From Bacteroidota bacterium (GTDB lineage Bacteria > Bacteroidota > Bacteroidia > Bacteroidales > VadinHA17), in NCBI GenBank assembly GCA_003250475.1, contig QKGI01000139.1, forward strand, positions 26,974-90,973: a stretch of DNA of 64,000 nt, read 5' to 3'. Position numbers and translations under genes: made by a program. Each line of letters starts with the position of its first letter. Positions within the stretch are counted from its first letter, which is position 1. Below the pieces are notes generated by a model. The model searched no databases. It saw nothing but the letters and a program-made list of their open reading frames with translations, and was not told the origin of the DNA. Below, piece by piece: positions 8,579 through 17,821 of this stretch.

Positions 8579-8729
8579 TTCTACAAGTCGAAAGTCAAAA
8601 GTTGCTGTGAATTGTGACCTCTTTTGTCTTTTGTCTTGCAATGCGGCTGCAAAAATAAATATTTTTTTTTATCAATGAGCCACTTTATTTAAAAGACAAA
8701 AAAAAATAATCGCAGATGCCACTTTTATA

Positions 8730-8737
8730 TATATTTG
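8730..8737 (+). promoter_or_regulatory. candidate -7 box TATATTTG upstream of lysC
   Basis: TAnnTTTG match 58 nt upstream of ATG 8795. I saw no clear -33 TTTG. Confidence 0.25.
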
Positions 8738-8794
8738 AGCTCCAAAATCTGATGTTTAATTCTGGCGGATATCCCCATATGGATTTAACTTAAA

Positions 8795-10114
8795 ATGAAG
8801 ATATACAAATTCGGCGGAACCTCAGTAGGCAGTCCTGAACGCTTCAGGGCCCTGATACCTCTGATCAATGACGGAAAACTGAAGGTCGTTGTTCTTTCGG
8901 CCATGGCCGGCACCACCAATACCCTGGTGGAGATTTCAGAACTGTTTTCTGCAGGTAAAAGGGATGAAGCCGCCACCATGACCAGACAGCTCCGGGAAAG
9001 ATACCATCAGGTAGCTGATGAGCTGTTGTCATCTGCCACCTGGGGTGAGAGAGCCCACGACCTCATCGATGAGCATTTCGATTATATCACTACACTTTTT
9101 TCCCGCGAGTTCAGCAGGCACAATGAGAAACGCATTGTTGCCCGTGGTGAGCTGATCTCAACAGCACTTCTGCACTTCCTGCTCTCAGAGGCCGGCATCC
9201 CCTCCCTCCTGGTCCCGGCCCTCAATTTTATGAGGATCGACAAGGACGGTGAGCCTGACTACTTCTATATAAGGGAAAACATCAAGCGTGAGATGGCGGC
9301 AGTGCAGGATGAGAAGATAATTATCACCCAGGGCTTCATATGCCGTAATGTCTTCGGTGAGACCGATAACCTGCGCCGTGGCGGCAGCGACTACAGTGCA
9401 ACCATCATCGGAGCAGCCCTGGGTGCACAGGAGATACAGATATGGACAGACATCAGCGGATTACACAATAATGACCCGCGCTTTGTGGAGAACACCAGGG
9501 TCATAAGGAATCTGTCTTATGGCGAAGCGGCTGAGCTGGCTTATTTCGGGGCAAAGATACTCCATCCCTCAAGCATCAACCCTGCCAGGCTTAAAAACAT
9601 CCCGGTAAGACTGAAGAACACCCTCGAGCCCTCCGATGAAGGTACTCTTATCACATCAACTTCTGCCTACGAGGATTACAAAGCCGTTGCTGCCAAAGAC
9701 GGCATAATAGTCCTCAGGATACATTCTGACAGGATGCTAATGGCTTACGGGTTCATGAGAAGGATATTCGAAGCCTTTGAAGCCTTCAAGACTCCTATCG
9801 ATATGATCACCACATCAGAGGTATCCGTTTCCCTGACAATTGATGACCCCACGTACCTTGACGATATAGTGAGAACCCTCAGTTCAATAGGCAACGTCGA
9901 GGTTGACCGCGACCAGTCAATAATATGTGTTGTCGGTGATTTCCGGCCGGACAGGGTCGGGTCCGCACCGGAGATTTTTGAAGCCCTGAATGAGATACCC
10001 GTCAAAATGATATCTTACGGAGGAAGCGAGAACAGCGTTTCGATATTGATTAATACAAGCGACAAGATTGTGGCATTGAAGTCGCTGAGCAACAAACTAT
10101 TTCCTGAAGAATAA
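8795..10114 (+). CDS. lysC: aspartate kinase
   Basis: MKIYKFGGTSVG N-terminus, amino-acid kinase fold and C-terminal ACT-like region. Its stop overlaps the lysA start (ATAATG). Confidence 0.9.
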   Translation: MKIYKFGGTSVGSPERFRALIPLINDGKLKVVVLSAMAGTTNTLVEISELFSAGKRDEAATMTRQLRERYHQVADELLSSATWGERAHDLIDEHFDYITTLFSREFSRHNEKRIVARGELISTALLHFLLSEAGIPSLLVPALNFMRIDKDGEPDYFYIRENIKREMAAVQDEKIIITQGFICRNVFGETDNLRRGGSDYSATIIGAALGAQEIQIWTDISGLHNNDPRFVENTRVIRNLSYGEAAELAYFGAKILHPSSINPARLKNIPVRLKNTLEPSDEGTLITSTSAYEDYKAVAAKDGIIVLRIHSDRMLMAYGFMRRIFEAFEAFKTPIDMITTSEVSVSLTIDDPTYLDDIVRTLSSIGNVEVDRDQSIICVVGDFRPDRVGSAPEIFEALNEIPVKMISYGGSENSVSILINTSDKIVALKSLSNKLFPEE

Positions 10115-11265
10115 TGTTCACACAAGAGACAATTGAAAGACTGAGGAGTGTTCAGACTCCCTATTATTATTATGATACCGACATGCTGCGTGAGACCCTT
10201 GCCGTGGCCTCAGGTGAGGCGGCCAACAAAGGGTTTAAAGTCCATTACGCGGTCAAGGCGAACTTCAACCCAGTTATAATGAAGATCATAGCCGGCTACG
10301 GTCTCGGAGCCGACTGTGTCAGCAGTAACGAGATTGAACATGCCATTTCATGCGGGTTTCCTGCGGAAGAGACGGTCTTTGCCGGCGTGGGCAAGAGCGA
10401 CAGGGAGATAGAAACAGCCCTCAGGCTGGGTATAAAATGCTTTAACGTGGAGTCCGCGGCTGAGCTGGAAGTCATCGACGGTATCGCAGGCAGGATGGGT
10501 AAAACTGCATCTGTGGCACTGCGTATCAATCCGAATGTTGAGGCTCACACGATCAGGCATATTACCACAGGCACTGATGAGAACAAGTTCGGCATCAGGA
10601 TAGTCGAGCTTGAGAGTGTGATCTCCACACTCAATGAACTGAATAACATAAAATACCGTGGCATCCATTTCCATATAGGCTCACAGATCACTGACCTCCA
10701 CGTTTTCAGAAACCTCAGCAGCAGGATCAATGAGCTGTGGCAATGGCTGACCGACAGGGGAATGGAACCTGATGATATTAATGTAGGCGGCGGCCTGGGT
10801 GTTAACTATGATGACCCCGACCGTTTCCCTCCTTTCGCGGATTATTTTGACATCTTCAGGGAACATCTCGATAACAGGATACGCAGTTCCGTATCGTTTG
10901 AGCTGGGCAGGTCACTCACAGCCAACTGCGGTTCATTGATATCAACAGTGCTGTTTGTCAAGCCCGGAGCAGGAGAGACATTCCTGATCCTTGATGCAGG
11001 CATGACCGACCTCATGAGACCGGCTCTCTATCATGCCTATCACCGTATTGAGAACCTCACCTCGAAGCTTCCTGCAAAGAAATATACTGTAGCAGGGCCG
11101 ATATGTGAGACTACCGACACCTTTGGCAGGTTTATCTCACTGCCGGAGACAGGACGAGGTGATCTGATCGCAATCCGGTCTGCCGGAGCCTATGGCGAGG
11201 TAATGGCCTCAAGGTACAACATGCGCTCACTCCCCCCGTCAGTCTTCTCAGATGAAATAAACTGA
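10114..11265 (+). CDS. lysA: diaminopimelate decarboxylase
   Basis: PLP-dependent Orn/DAP/Arg decarboxylase pattern (HYAVKAN, HFHIGSQ, GGGLG, CETTD). It is coupled to lysC. Confidence 0.9.
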   Translation: MFTQETIERLRSVQTPYYYYDTDMLRETLAVASGEAANKGFKVHYAVKANFNPVIMKIIAGYGLGADCVSSNEIEHAISCGFPAEETVFAGVGKSDREIETALRLGIKCFNVESAAELEVIDGIAGRMGKTASVALRINPNVEAHTIRHITTGTDENKFGIRIVELESVISTLNELNNIKYRGIHFHIGSQITDLHVFRNLSSRINELWQWLTDRGMEPDDINVGGGLGVNYDDPDRFPPFADYFDIFREHLDNRIRSSVSFELGRSLTANCGSLISTVLFVKPGAGETFLILDAGMTDLMRPALYHAYHRIENLTSKLPAKKYTVAGPICETTDTFGRFISLPETGRGDLIAIRSAGAYGEVMASRYNMRSLPPSVFSDEIN

Positions 11266-11534
11266 CAGACTGAATTACTGTCCCGACCTTACAGTCAAGG
11301 ATTTCCGCTCGCACTGATATGACTTCAAGTTTAGGAGTGCAACGACGAACCGAACCGCCAGTTGACGTTGAGCTCGCCGAAGGCAAATCCCGATAACGAA
11401 GTGTATCGGGAGCTGCAAGACCGCACGACTGCATGACTGCAAGACTTCGCTTAGCGACAGACCTTCAGACCCAAGACCTTCAGATTGAAGAGCGAAGCTC
11501 TGAAACCCCGCACACGAAGTGTCGGGGCCTTCAG
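11266..11534 (+). other. non-coding structured/repetitive 3' region of the lysC-lysA operon (candidate 3'UTR RNA or REP-like element)
   Basis: No credible ORF. Two related hairpins share ACGAAGTGT (11389-11410, 11506-11527). AGACCTTCAGA occurs twice, 15 nt apart (11459, 11474). The region is bounded by a strong terminator. Confidence 0.4.
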
Positions 11535-11567
11535 ACAAAAAAAAGCTGCCTGAGCAGCTTTTTTTAT
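11535..11567. terminator. bidirectional rho-independent terminator
   Basis: A8, then AAGCTGC / loop CTGA / GCAGCTT, then T7. It lies between the lysA side (+) and the small membrane protein gene (-). Confidence 0.7.
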
Positions 11568-11574
11568 TTATTCA

Positions 11575-11793
11575 TCAGGAATTCTTCCTCTTAAGCTTCT
11601 TCTTTACAGGTTCGGAAAGGAAGAGCATGACAAGACCGAATACCAGTGTACACAGTCCCGATATCAGGTTAATATTCACGTTCAGTGAAGGCATGTACAG
11701 AGCTTCATTGCCTATAGTAGCCAGCCCGTATACTGTAATTATCACTCCGAATATCGAGAACATCATTCCTATGGGAAATCTTATATCTAACAT
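11575..11793 (-). CDS. small (72 aa) two-TM membrane protein with basic C-terminal tail, immediately downstream of the SSS symporter
   Basis: Two hydrophobic helices plus a KKKLKRKNS tail. There is a 17-nt gap to the symporter stop on the same strand. Confidence 0.5.
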   Translation of the reverse strand: MLDIRFPIGMMFSIFGVIITVYGLATIGNEALYMPSLNVNINLISGLCTLVFGLVMLFLSEPVKKKLKRKNS

Positions 11794-11810
11794 GATGCTA
11801 ATTTTTTAAG

Positions 11811-13541
11811 TTACCAGAAGATGATTGAAAGAGTTATCATTATCAGCCCGACTATTGTGGCAAGGAACCAGGGCCTCTGGTACCATATCACGCCGCTGTC
11901 ATCCAGTTTCGGAGTCATGGAATAGACCAGGCCGTTAAGCTCGGCATCACTCTTTGAGCGTTTTGAAAGAAGTGAAATGATCACAGTGAGCAATGTTGAG
12001 GTAGTAAACGCTATTATTGCAGTCCAGAAATTCTGAGCCATCTCAACGGGATAGACATGCAGAACACCGAGCCAGCCTCCCTTGACAAGTGTGGTTGCTC
12101 CTTCCGGCTGCGTCAGTCCGTGGTGCACCAGGGCTATAAGAAATCCGGCCAGCAGTCCGGTGAACGCTGCATTACCTGTTGAACGTTTCCAGAACATACC
12201 CAGGAAAATAACAGCAAACAACGGGGCGTTGATCATCGAGAATATTGTCTGCAGGAAGTCCATGATGTTCCCGAATTTGCTGGCTATGTAAGCAGCTGCT
12301 ATGCTGACCAGCACGCCTACTATCGTTGCCATCTTACCAACCTTCAGGTAATGGCGGTCATCGGCATCCTTATCGCCTGTTGCGGGCCTGATATAGCTCT
12401 GATAGATATCGTATGTCCAGACCGTATTGAATGCTGAAACGTTTCCGGCCATCCCTGACATGAAGGAGGCCAGAAGGGCTGTAACGCCCAGGCCAAGGAC
12501 CCCGGCAGGAAGATAATGCTTGAGCAGCATGATGATGGTATAGTCATATATGGGCTGCCCGGCATCATTGAGTGGCAGTGAGAATCCTTTCAGGGGATCA
12601 TTGAGGAGCACCAGGGCTGCTATACCGGGAACAATTATCAGGAACGGGATGAACATTTTTGGGATGGCTCCTATAAGAGGCACTTTTCTTGCTGCCGTCA
12701 TCGATTCGGCTGCCATGGCCCTCTGTACGATGAGGAAGTTTGTACACCAGTACCCGAAAGAAAGAACAAAACCCAGTCCCGCAAATATACCATACCATGC
12801 CACTCCCAGCGGGTTGCCGGAGGCATTGGCTGTATATTTCCACGTTGTTGTCCAGGCGTCAGCGGCAAACCCCTTGCTCTCCACGATGGGTGCAAGACTG
12901 TGTTGCAGACCTCCCCATCCTCCCACGTCGCTCATTACAAGGATTGCCATCGGCAACAGGCCAATGACAATAATGAAGAACTGCAGCACCTCATTGTAAA
13001 TGGCAGAAGAGAGACCACCGAGATAGGTATATGCCAGTACTATTGCAGCTGATGCAAGGAGTGAGACGTTAAAGTTCCAGCCAAGCACATTCTCAAGCAG
13101 GATAGCCAGCGCGTACATCGAGATACCTGATGCAAGAACCGTCATCACAGCAAAAAGGATGGCATTAAGTCCGCGTGTCTTCTCATTGAAGCGCAGCTTG
13201 AGGTATTCAGGTACTGACCGTGCCTTGGATCCGTAGTAGAAGCGCATCATGAACAGTGCCAGGAAGACCATCGCCGGGATTGCTCCTATCCAGTAGAAAT
13301 GCGTGGTGAGCATCCCGTACTTCAATCCTGATCCGGTCATCCCCATAACCTCGAGAGCACCGAGGTTGGTAGAGATGAATGCCAGGCCTGCAACCCATGC
13401 AGGAATGGATCTGCCTGCCTCAAGGAATGCCGTGGCATTCTTCATGTACTTCTTCAGGGCCCACCCGATGCCCAGCACAAAAAGGAAATAGACCGCCATT
13501 ATCAGGTAGTCTATTCCTTGAAGAGCGAATTTTGTATCCAT
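11811..13541 (-). CDS. sodium:solute symporter (SSS family, SGLT-like)
   Basis: About 13-14 TM helices with SSS-like motifs (FLEAGRSIPAWVAGLAFISTNLGA). I prefer ATG 13541 (MDTKF) over the longer non-ATG start. Confidence 0.85.
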   Translation of the reverse strand: MDTKFALQGIDYLIMAVYFLFVLGIGWALKKYMKNATAFLEAGRSIPAWVAGLAFISTNLGALEVMGMTGSGLKYGMLTTHFYWIGAIPAMVFLALFMMRFYYGSKARSVPEYLKLRFNEKTRGLNAILFAVMTVLASGISMYALAILLENVLGWNFNVSLLASAAIVLAYTYLGGLSSAIYNEVLQFFIIVIGLLPMAILVMSDVGGWGGLQHSLAPIVESKGFAADAWTTTWKYTANASGNPLGVAWYGIFAGLGFVLSFGYWCTNFLIVQRAMAAESMTAARKVPLIGAIPKMFIPFLIIVPGIAALVLLNDPLKGFSLPLNDAGQPIYDYTIIMLLKHYLPAGVLGLGVTALLASFMSGMAGNVSAFNTVWTYDIYQSYIRPATGDKDADDRHYLKVGKMATIVGVLVSIAAAYIASKFGNIMDFLQTIFSMINAPLFAVIFLGMFWKRSTGNAAFTGLLAGFLIALVHHGLTQPEGATTLVKGGWLGVLHVYPVEMAQNFWTAIIAFTTSTLLTVIISLLSKRSKSDAELNGLVYSMTPKLDDSGVIWYQRPWFLATIVGLIMITLSIIFW

Positions 13542-13632
13542 GTAAGTTCGTCGATTAGGTTTGTAAACACACAAACATAACGAAATTTATTACAGGGAGT
13601 GATTCCTCTACACCATTTTGTATGATCAGACT

Positions 13633-14322
13633 TTATTTCCTTACAGCATCCTCTACTGTCCTCGCCTTGAGGGGCAGCAACTGTTTTCTGTCGCGCGTCA
13701 CGGCACTCTTGGTACCTGTATAATCAACCCAGGCCAGGAACTGGTTCAATTCATTTTTATAAAGCCTGTCCGTCTTGATGAATTCCACATCCTCATATCT
13801 CAGGGTGTAGTTGTTGTGTGTCTCATGCCATACATCGACATAGTAGATATAGGGACCCAGGTTGGTGAAAATTACCTTACCGGAGGAATTGGTGAAGCCT
13901 TCGGCAATGGCATTGGTTTCGTTGTCCCAGTCTTCCTCTGTCGGGTAAAGGATCACACTTGCACCTGCGACAGGATATTGATGGTAAAACTCAAGTACTT
14001 CAACCTCCAGCATCGTCGGTGATAAAACCTCAATGTCAAGATATGATTTGTCGACGTTACCGGACCTTGAGTAGGCGCTCAGGACAACGGTGAAGATACC
14101 CGATGCAGAATAAGAATGCGACGGTTCGTAAGCATCCGACCAGGTGCCGTCACCAAAATCCCATTCATAATCAACTGCATTGTTTGAACCGTTATAGAAG
14201 AGAATCTCCTCTCCTATCTCAGCCGTGATCTTATCTGCAAAGAAATAAGAATCCGGTTGTACATCACAAGAGCTGAGCATCATTGCTGCAGCTGCTACCG
14301 TTAAAATTAATATTCTGTTCAT
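13633..14322 (-). CDS. PKD-domain lipoprotein
   Basis: Lipobox LSSC. PKD signature (YEWDFGDGT ... HSYSASGIFTVVL) followed by a beta-sandwich-like C-terminal half. Confidence 0.7.
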   Translation of the reverse strand: MNRILILTVAAAAMMLSSCDVQPDSYFFADKITAEIGEEILFYNGSNNAVDYEWDFGDGTWSDAYEPSHSYSASGIFTVVLSAYSRSGNVDKSYLDIEVLSPTMLEVEVLEFYHQYPVAGASVILYPTEEDWDNETNAIAEGFTNSSGKVIFTNLGPYIYYVDVWHETHNNYTLRYEDVEFIKTDRLYKNELNQFLAWVDYTGTKSAVTRDRKQLLPLKARTVEDAVRK

Positions 14323-14438
14323 GACTGCCGTTATTAGTGCTGTTTATCCAAATCCAAATATTATGCCAATCGGGTTTACGGGGCCCGGTAACAATTCTTA
14401 CTGCCCGGTAAATTGCGGATATGTGTATAAAAAATCAT

Positions 14439-14446
14439 TATCTTTG
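14439..14446 (+). promoter_or_regulatory. candidate -7 box TATCTTTG upstream of thrS
   Basis: Exact TAnnTTTG match 24 nt upstream of ATG 14470. Confidence 0.35.
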
Positions 14447-14469
14447 CACACTATTTAAAGTTTGAGTTT

Positions 14470-16410
14470 ATGATCAGTATAACATTTCCCGACGGATCAG
14501 TGAGGGAGTACAATAATGGTGTTACGGGTTATGAGATTGCCAGGTCAATCAGCCCGGGACTGGCAGCAGAAGTATATGCTGCGACAGTTAACGGTGAGGT
14601 ATGGGATCTCTCCCGTCCGCTGACCGAAGATGCCACTCTCCGGCTTCATAAATGGGACGATGCAGAAGCAAAGCATGCCTTCTGGCACTCTTCCGCCCAC
14701 CTTATGGCGGAGGCTCTGGAGGCTCTCTGGCCAGGTATCAAGTTCGGGATAGGGCCGGCCATAGAAAACGGGTTCTATTATGATGTCGATCCGGGAGAAG
14801 GTAAAGTAATAACTGATGCCGACCTGCCTCTCATCGAGGATAAGATGAGGGAACTGGCTGCCATGAACAGTCCTATTGTCCGCTCCGAGATAAGCAAGAG
14901 CGATGCCATGGAGCTATTTACAAAAAAGGGCGATGAGTACAAGACAGAGCTTATCTCTGAGCTCGAGGACGGCACCATCACTCTCTACAGCCAGGGTAAC
15001 TTCACCGACCTATGCCGCGGTCCCCACCTCCCTGACACATCACATATCAAAGCCATCAAGGTTCTCAGCCTTGCCGGTGCATACTGGCGTGGCGATGAGA
15101 AACGCAGGATGATGACACGCATATATGGCATCACCTTCCCGAAGCAGAAGATGCTTGATGAGTATATGGTTATGCTCGAGGAGGCGCGCAAGCGTGACCA
15201 TCGCCGTATCGGGAAAGACCTTGAACTGTTTGCCTTCTCACCGAAGGTTGGCATGGGTCTGCCCCTGTGGCTCCCCAAGGGTGCTGACATGAAGCAGCGA
15301 CTCATCGATTTCATGACAGGAGTATTGAAAGCGAGGGGATACGAGATGGTCTCAACCCCGCATATCGGCAATGTTGAGCTTTATAAGACGTCGGGTCACT
15401 TTGAAAAATACGGCGCCGACTCATTCCGGCCTATTACCACGCCGCAGGAAGGCGAGGTATTCATGCTCAAGCCGATGAACTGCCCGCATCACTGTGAAAT
15501 ATTCAATGCGACACCACATTCATACAGGGACCTGCCGGTAAGGATGGCAGAATTCGGAACTGTTTACAGGTATGAGCAGAGCGGAGAACTGCACGGACTG
15601 ACACGTGTGCGCAGCTTCACACAGGATGACGCTCACCACTTCTGCCGTGCCGATCAGCTGAAGGAGGAATTCAAAAGCATAATCGACCTGGTACAATATA
15701 TCTTCAGGATCGCGGGCTTCAACGAGTTTACAGCACAGATATCGCTGCGTGATCCGGCAAACAGGGAGAAATACATCGGCAGCGACGAGAACTGGGAGAA
15801 AGCTGAAAAAGCTATTATCGAGGCAGCAGGGGAAAAGAATCTAAAGACAACACTGGCTGTAGGCGAGGCTGCCTTCTACGGTCCCAAGCTCGACTTCATG
15901 GTGCGCGATGCCATCGGACGTAAATGGCAGCTGGGAACCATACAGGTCGACTACAACCTTCCCGAGAGGTTTGGTCTTGAATATACCGGTAGTGACAACC
16001 AGAAACACCAGCCTGTGATGATACACAGGGCCATCTTTGGCTCAATGGAAAGATTCGTGGCTGTCCTGATAGAAAATACTGCGGGCAGATTTCCGCTGTG
16101 GCTAACCCCTGACCAGGCAGTAATACTGCCTATCAGCGAAAAATTTAACGATTATTCGAAAACTGTTTTAAATCTCCTTAATAATTCCGATATTCGCACC
16201 CTGATTGACGACAGGAGCGAAAAAATCGGTAAGAAGATAAGGGATAATGAGTTAAAGAGAATCCCGTACCTTCTTGTTGTTGGCGAAAAAGAGGTTGAAG
16301 CCGGTACCGTTTCTGTCAGGAGACAGGGTGAGGGTGATAAGGGAGTCATGAAACCCGGGGAGTTCATCAGCCTTGTGAGGGAAGAGATCAATAAGGAAAT
16401 AGGCAACTAA
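14470..16410 (+). CDS. thrS: threonine--tRNA ligase
   Basis: TGS domain N-terminus (ITFPDGS), editing domain, class II core ([30 protein letters not shown]) and anticodon-binding domain. Confidence 0.95.
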   Translation: MISITFPDGSVREYNNGVTGYEIARSISPGLAAEVYAATVNGEVWDLSRPLTEDATLRLHKWDDAEAKHAFWHSSAHLMAEALEALWPGIKFGIGPAIENGFYYDVDPGEGKVITDADLPLIEDKMRELAAMNSPIVRSEISKSDAMELFTKKGDEYKTELISELEDGTITLYSQGNFTDLCRGPHLPDTSHIKAIKVLSLAGAYWRGDEKRRMMTRIYGITFPKQKMLDEYMVMLEEARKRDHRRIGKDLELFAFSPKVGMGLPLWLPKGADMKQRLIDFMTGVLKARGYEMVSTPHIGNVELYKTSGHFEKYGADSFRPITTPQEGEVFMLKPMNCPHHCEIFNATPHSYRDLPVRMAEFGTVYRYEQSGELHGLTRVRSFTQDDAHHFCRADQLKEEFKSIIDLVQYIFRIAGFNEFTAQISLRDPANREKYIGSDENWEKAEKAIIEAAGEKNLKTTLAVGEAAFYGPKLDFMVRDAIGRKWQLGTIQVDYNLPERFGLEYTGSDNQKHQPVMIHRAIFGSMERFVAVLIENTAGRFPLWLTPDQAVILPISEKFNDYSKTVLNLLNNSDIRTLIDDRSEKIGKKIRDNELKRIPYLLVVGEKEVEAGTVSVRRQGEGDKGVMKPGEFISLVREEINKEIGN

Positions 16411-16456
16411 GAGATTGGTTTTAAACATAGTATTAACTTAACTGGAGGACAAAACA

Positions 16457-17011
16457 ATAGCAGGACCGATCTATTCCAGGCCCAGGCCGGGAAGAAAACC
16501 CGAACCGGAACACCGGATTAACAACAGGATCACAGCCAGAACAGTAAGGGTTGTGGGCGAAAATATTGAGGCCAGGGTGATGAGCCTTGGTGATGCCCTG
16601 AGACTGGCAGACGAAATGGAGCTGGATCTTGTTGAAATATCTCCCAACGCTGACCCACCTGTCTGCAAGATCATTGATTACCAGAAGTTTCTGTATCAAC
16701 AGAAGAAGAAACAAAAAGAGATTAAGGCCAATGCTACCAAGGTTGTGGTCAAAGAGATACGCTTCGGACCGAACACTGACGATCACGACTACAACTTCAA
16801 GCTGAAGCATGCCATGAATTTTCTCGATGAGGGTGCCAAAGTAAGGGCATATGTATTCTTCAAGGGAAGATCGATACTGTTCAAGGAACAGGGGGAGAAG
16901 CTTCTGGCAAGATTTGTTGAAGACCTGGATGAATACGGAAAGGTAGACCAGACACCCAGGCTTGAAGGGAAAAGAATGATCATCATTCTCTCTCCAAAGA
17001 AGAAGAAGTAA
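16457..17011 (+). CDS. infC: translation initiation factor IF-3, with probable non-canonical AUA start
   Basis: The conserved [16 protein letters not shown] segment lies upstream of the track's GTG 16553. The frame opens at 16442 and has no ATG/GTG/TTG before 16553. GGAGGA (16444-16449) lies 7 nt upstream of ATA 16457. Confidence 0.8.
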   Translation: MAGPIYSRPRPGRKPEPEHRINNRITARTVRVVGENIEARVMSLGDALRLADEMELDLVEISPNADPPVCKIIDYQKFLYQQKKKQKEIKANATKVVVKEIRFGPNTDDHDYNFKLKHAMNFLDEGAKVRAYVFFKGRSILFKEQGEKLLARFVEDLDEYGKVDQTPRLEGKRMIIILSPKKKK

Positions 17012-17034
17012 TTTTTTTTACACATATATATAAC

Positions 17035-17232
17035 ATGCCAAAAATGAAAACAAATCCGGGTGCAAAGAAGAGATTTTCTTTGACCGGTTCAGGTAAAATC
17101 AAGCGTAAGCATGCTTTCAAGAGCCACATCCTTACCAAGAAGTCAACCAAACGTAAGAGAAATCTTACCTATGACGGACTTGTGGACAAGGCTGATGAGA
17201 GAAATGTAAAGCACCTTCTCGGGCTGAAATAG
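17035..17232 (+). CDS. rpmI: 50S ribosomal protein L35
   Basis: MPKMKT...[14 protein letters not shown]; canonical infC-rpmI-rplT gene order. Confidence 0.95.
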   Translation: MPKMKTNPGAKKRFSLTGSGKIKRKHAFKSHILTKKSTKRKRNLTYDGLVDKADERNVKHLLGLK

Positions 17233-17276
17233 TGCTTACCACCTGACAGCGTGATAATCAATTGAATTATTAACCT

Positions 17277-17316
17277 GGATGTGAAGCATGAAAGACCCTT
17301 ACGGGCGCTTACATCC
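17277..17316 (+). promoter_or_regulatory. extended hairpin in the rpmI-rplT spacer (possible L20-responsive or processing structure)
   Basis: GGATGT(G)AAGC pairs with GCTTACATCC (10 bp, one bulge) and encloses a CCC/GGG inner helix. It ends 17 nt before the rplT ATG. Confidence 0.25.
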
Positions 17317-17333
17317 GAAAAAGAGTAAAGAAA

Positions 17334-17681
17334 ATGCCAAGAGCAACAAACGCACCAGCATCAAGGGCAAGGAGAAAGAAGATCCTGAAGCAGACCAAAG
17401 GCTATTTCGGCAACAACGCTAATGTATACACCGTTGCCAAGAATGTCCTTGAAAAGGGTCTTGCCTATTCTTACCGTGACCGTAAAGACAAGAAAGGACA
17501 GTTCAGGGCGTTATGGATCCAGAGGATCAACGCCGGTGTCCGCCTTCACGGAATGAGTTATTCGCAGTTTATCGGCGGACTTGAGAAAAAGGGTATCACC
17601 CTTAATCGCAAGACTCTCGCTGACCTGGCGATGAATCATCCTGAAGCCTTCAAGGCGATAGTAGATAAAGTGAAAGAATAA
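17334..17681 (+). CDS. rplT: 50S ribosomal protein L20
   Basis: MPR...[16 protein letters not shown], a typical L20 N-terminus. Confidence 0.95.
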   Translation: MPRATNAPASRARRKKILKQTKGYFGNNANVYTVAKNVLEKGLAYSYRDRKDKKGQFRALWIQRINAGVRLHGMSYSQFIGGLEKKGITLNRKTLADLAMNHPEAFKAIVDKVKE

Positions 17682-17711
17682 AAAAAAGCGGGCCTGACCC
17701 GCTTTTTTTTT
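17682..17711. terminator. rho-independent terminator after rplT (A-run/T-run flanked, potentially bidirectional)
   Basis: A8, then AGCGGG / loop CCTGA / CCCGCT, then T9. Confidence 0.75.
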
Positions 17712-17821
17712 ATTATTACATTCCTGTCATCAGAGCTCTTTCCGGTATTGCCTGCAGCAATAATACCGGGAGCAATTGCTTACCATGTGATTCTGCAGGC
17801 AGGATGGCAGGTGCCTCGTTA

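Noticed and set aside
8397-8678. 93-aa plus-strand ORF in the track
   Set aside because: It lies exactly over the two minus-strand tRNA-Leu genes and their leader. The tRNA cloverleaves fold cleanly, so the ORF is an artefact.
8273-8700. Possible integration hotspot or mobile element next to the tandem tRNA-Leu genes
   Set aside because: There is no integrase, transposase or direct repeat of a tRNA 3' end on either side. The flanking genes are core metabolism.
8640-8794. Possible lysine riboswitch (L-box) upstream of lysC
   Set aside because: The 5' region is short, extremely AT-rich and lacks the conserved multi-helix L-box core as I remember it. Only a promoter-like TATATTTG is evident.
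11132-11538. Two minus-strand ORFs (100 aa and 87 aa) across the lysA tail and repeat region
   Set aside because: One overlaps the lysA coding end in antisense. Both have low-complexity, repeat-derived sequence (SEGLGSEGLSLSE). Both lie beyond the terminator that serves minus-strand transcription.
16433-16810. 125-aa minus-strand ORF
   Set aside because: It is antisense to infC, whose identity is unambiguous.
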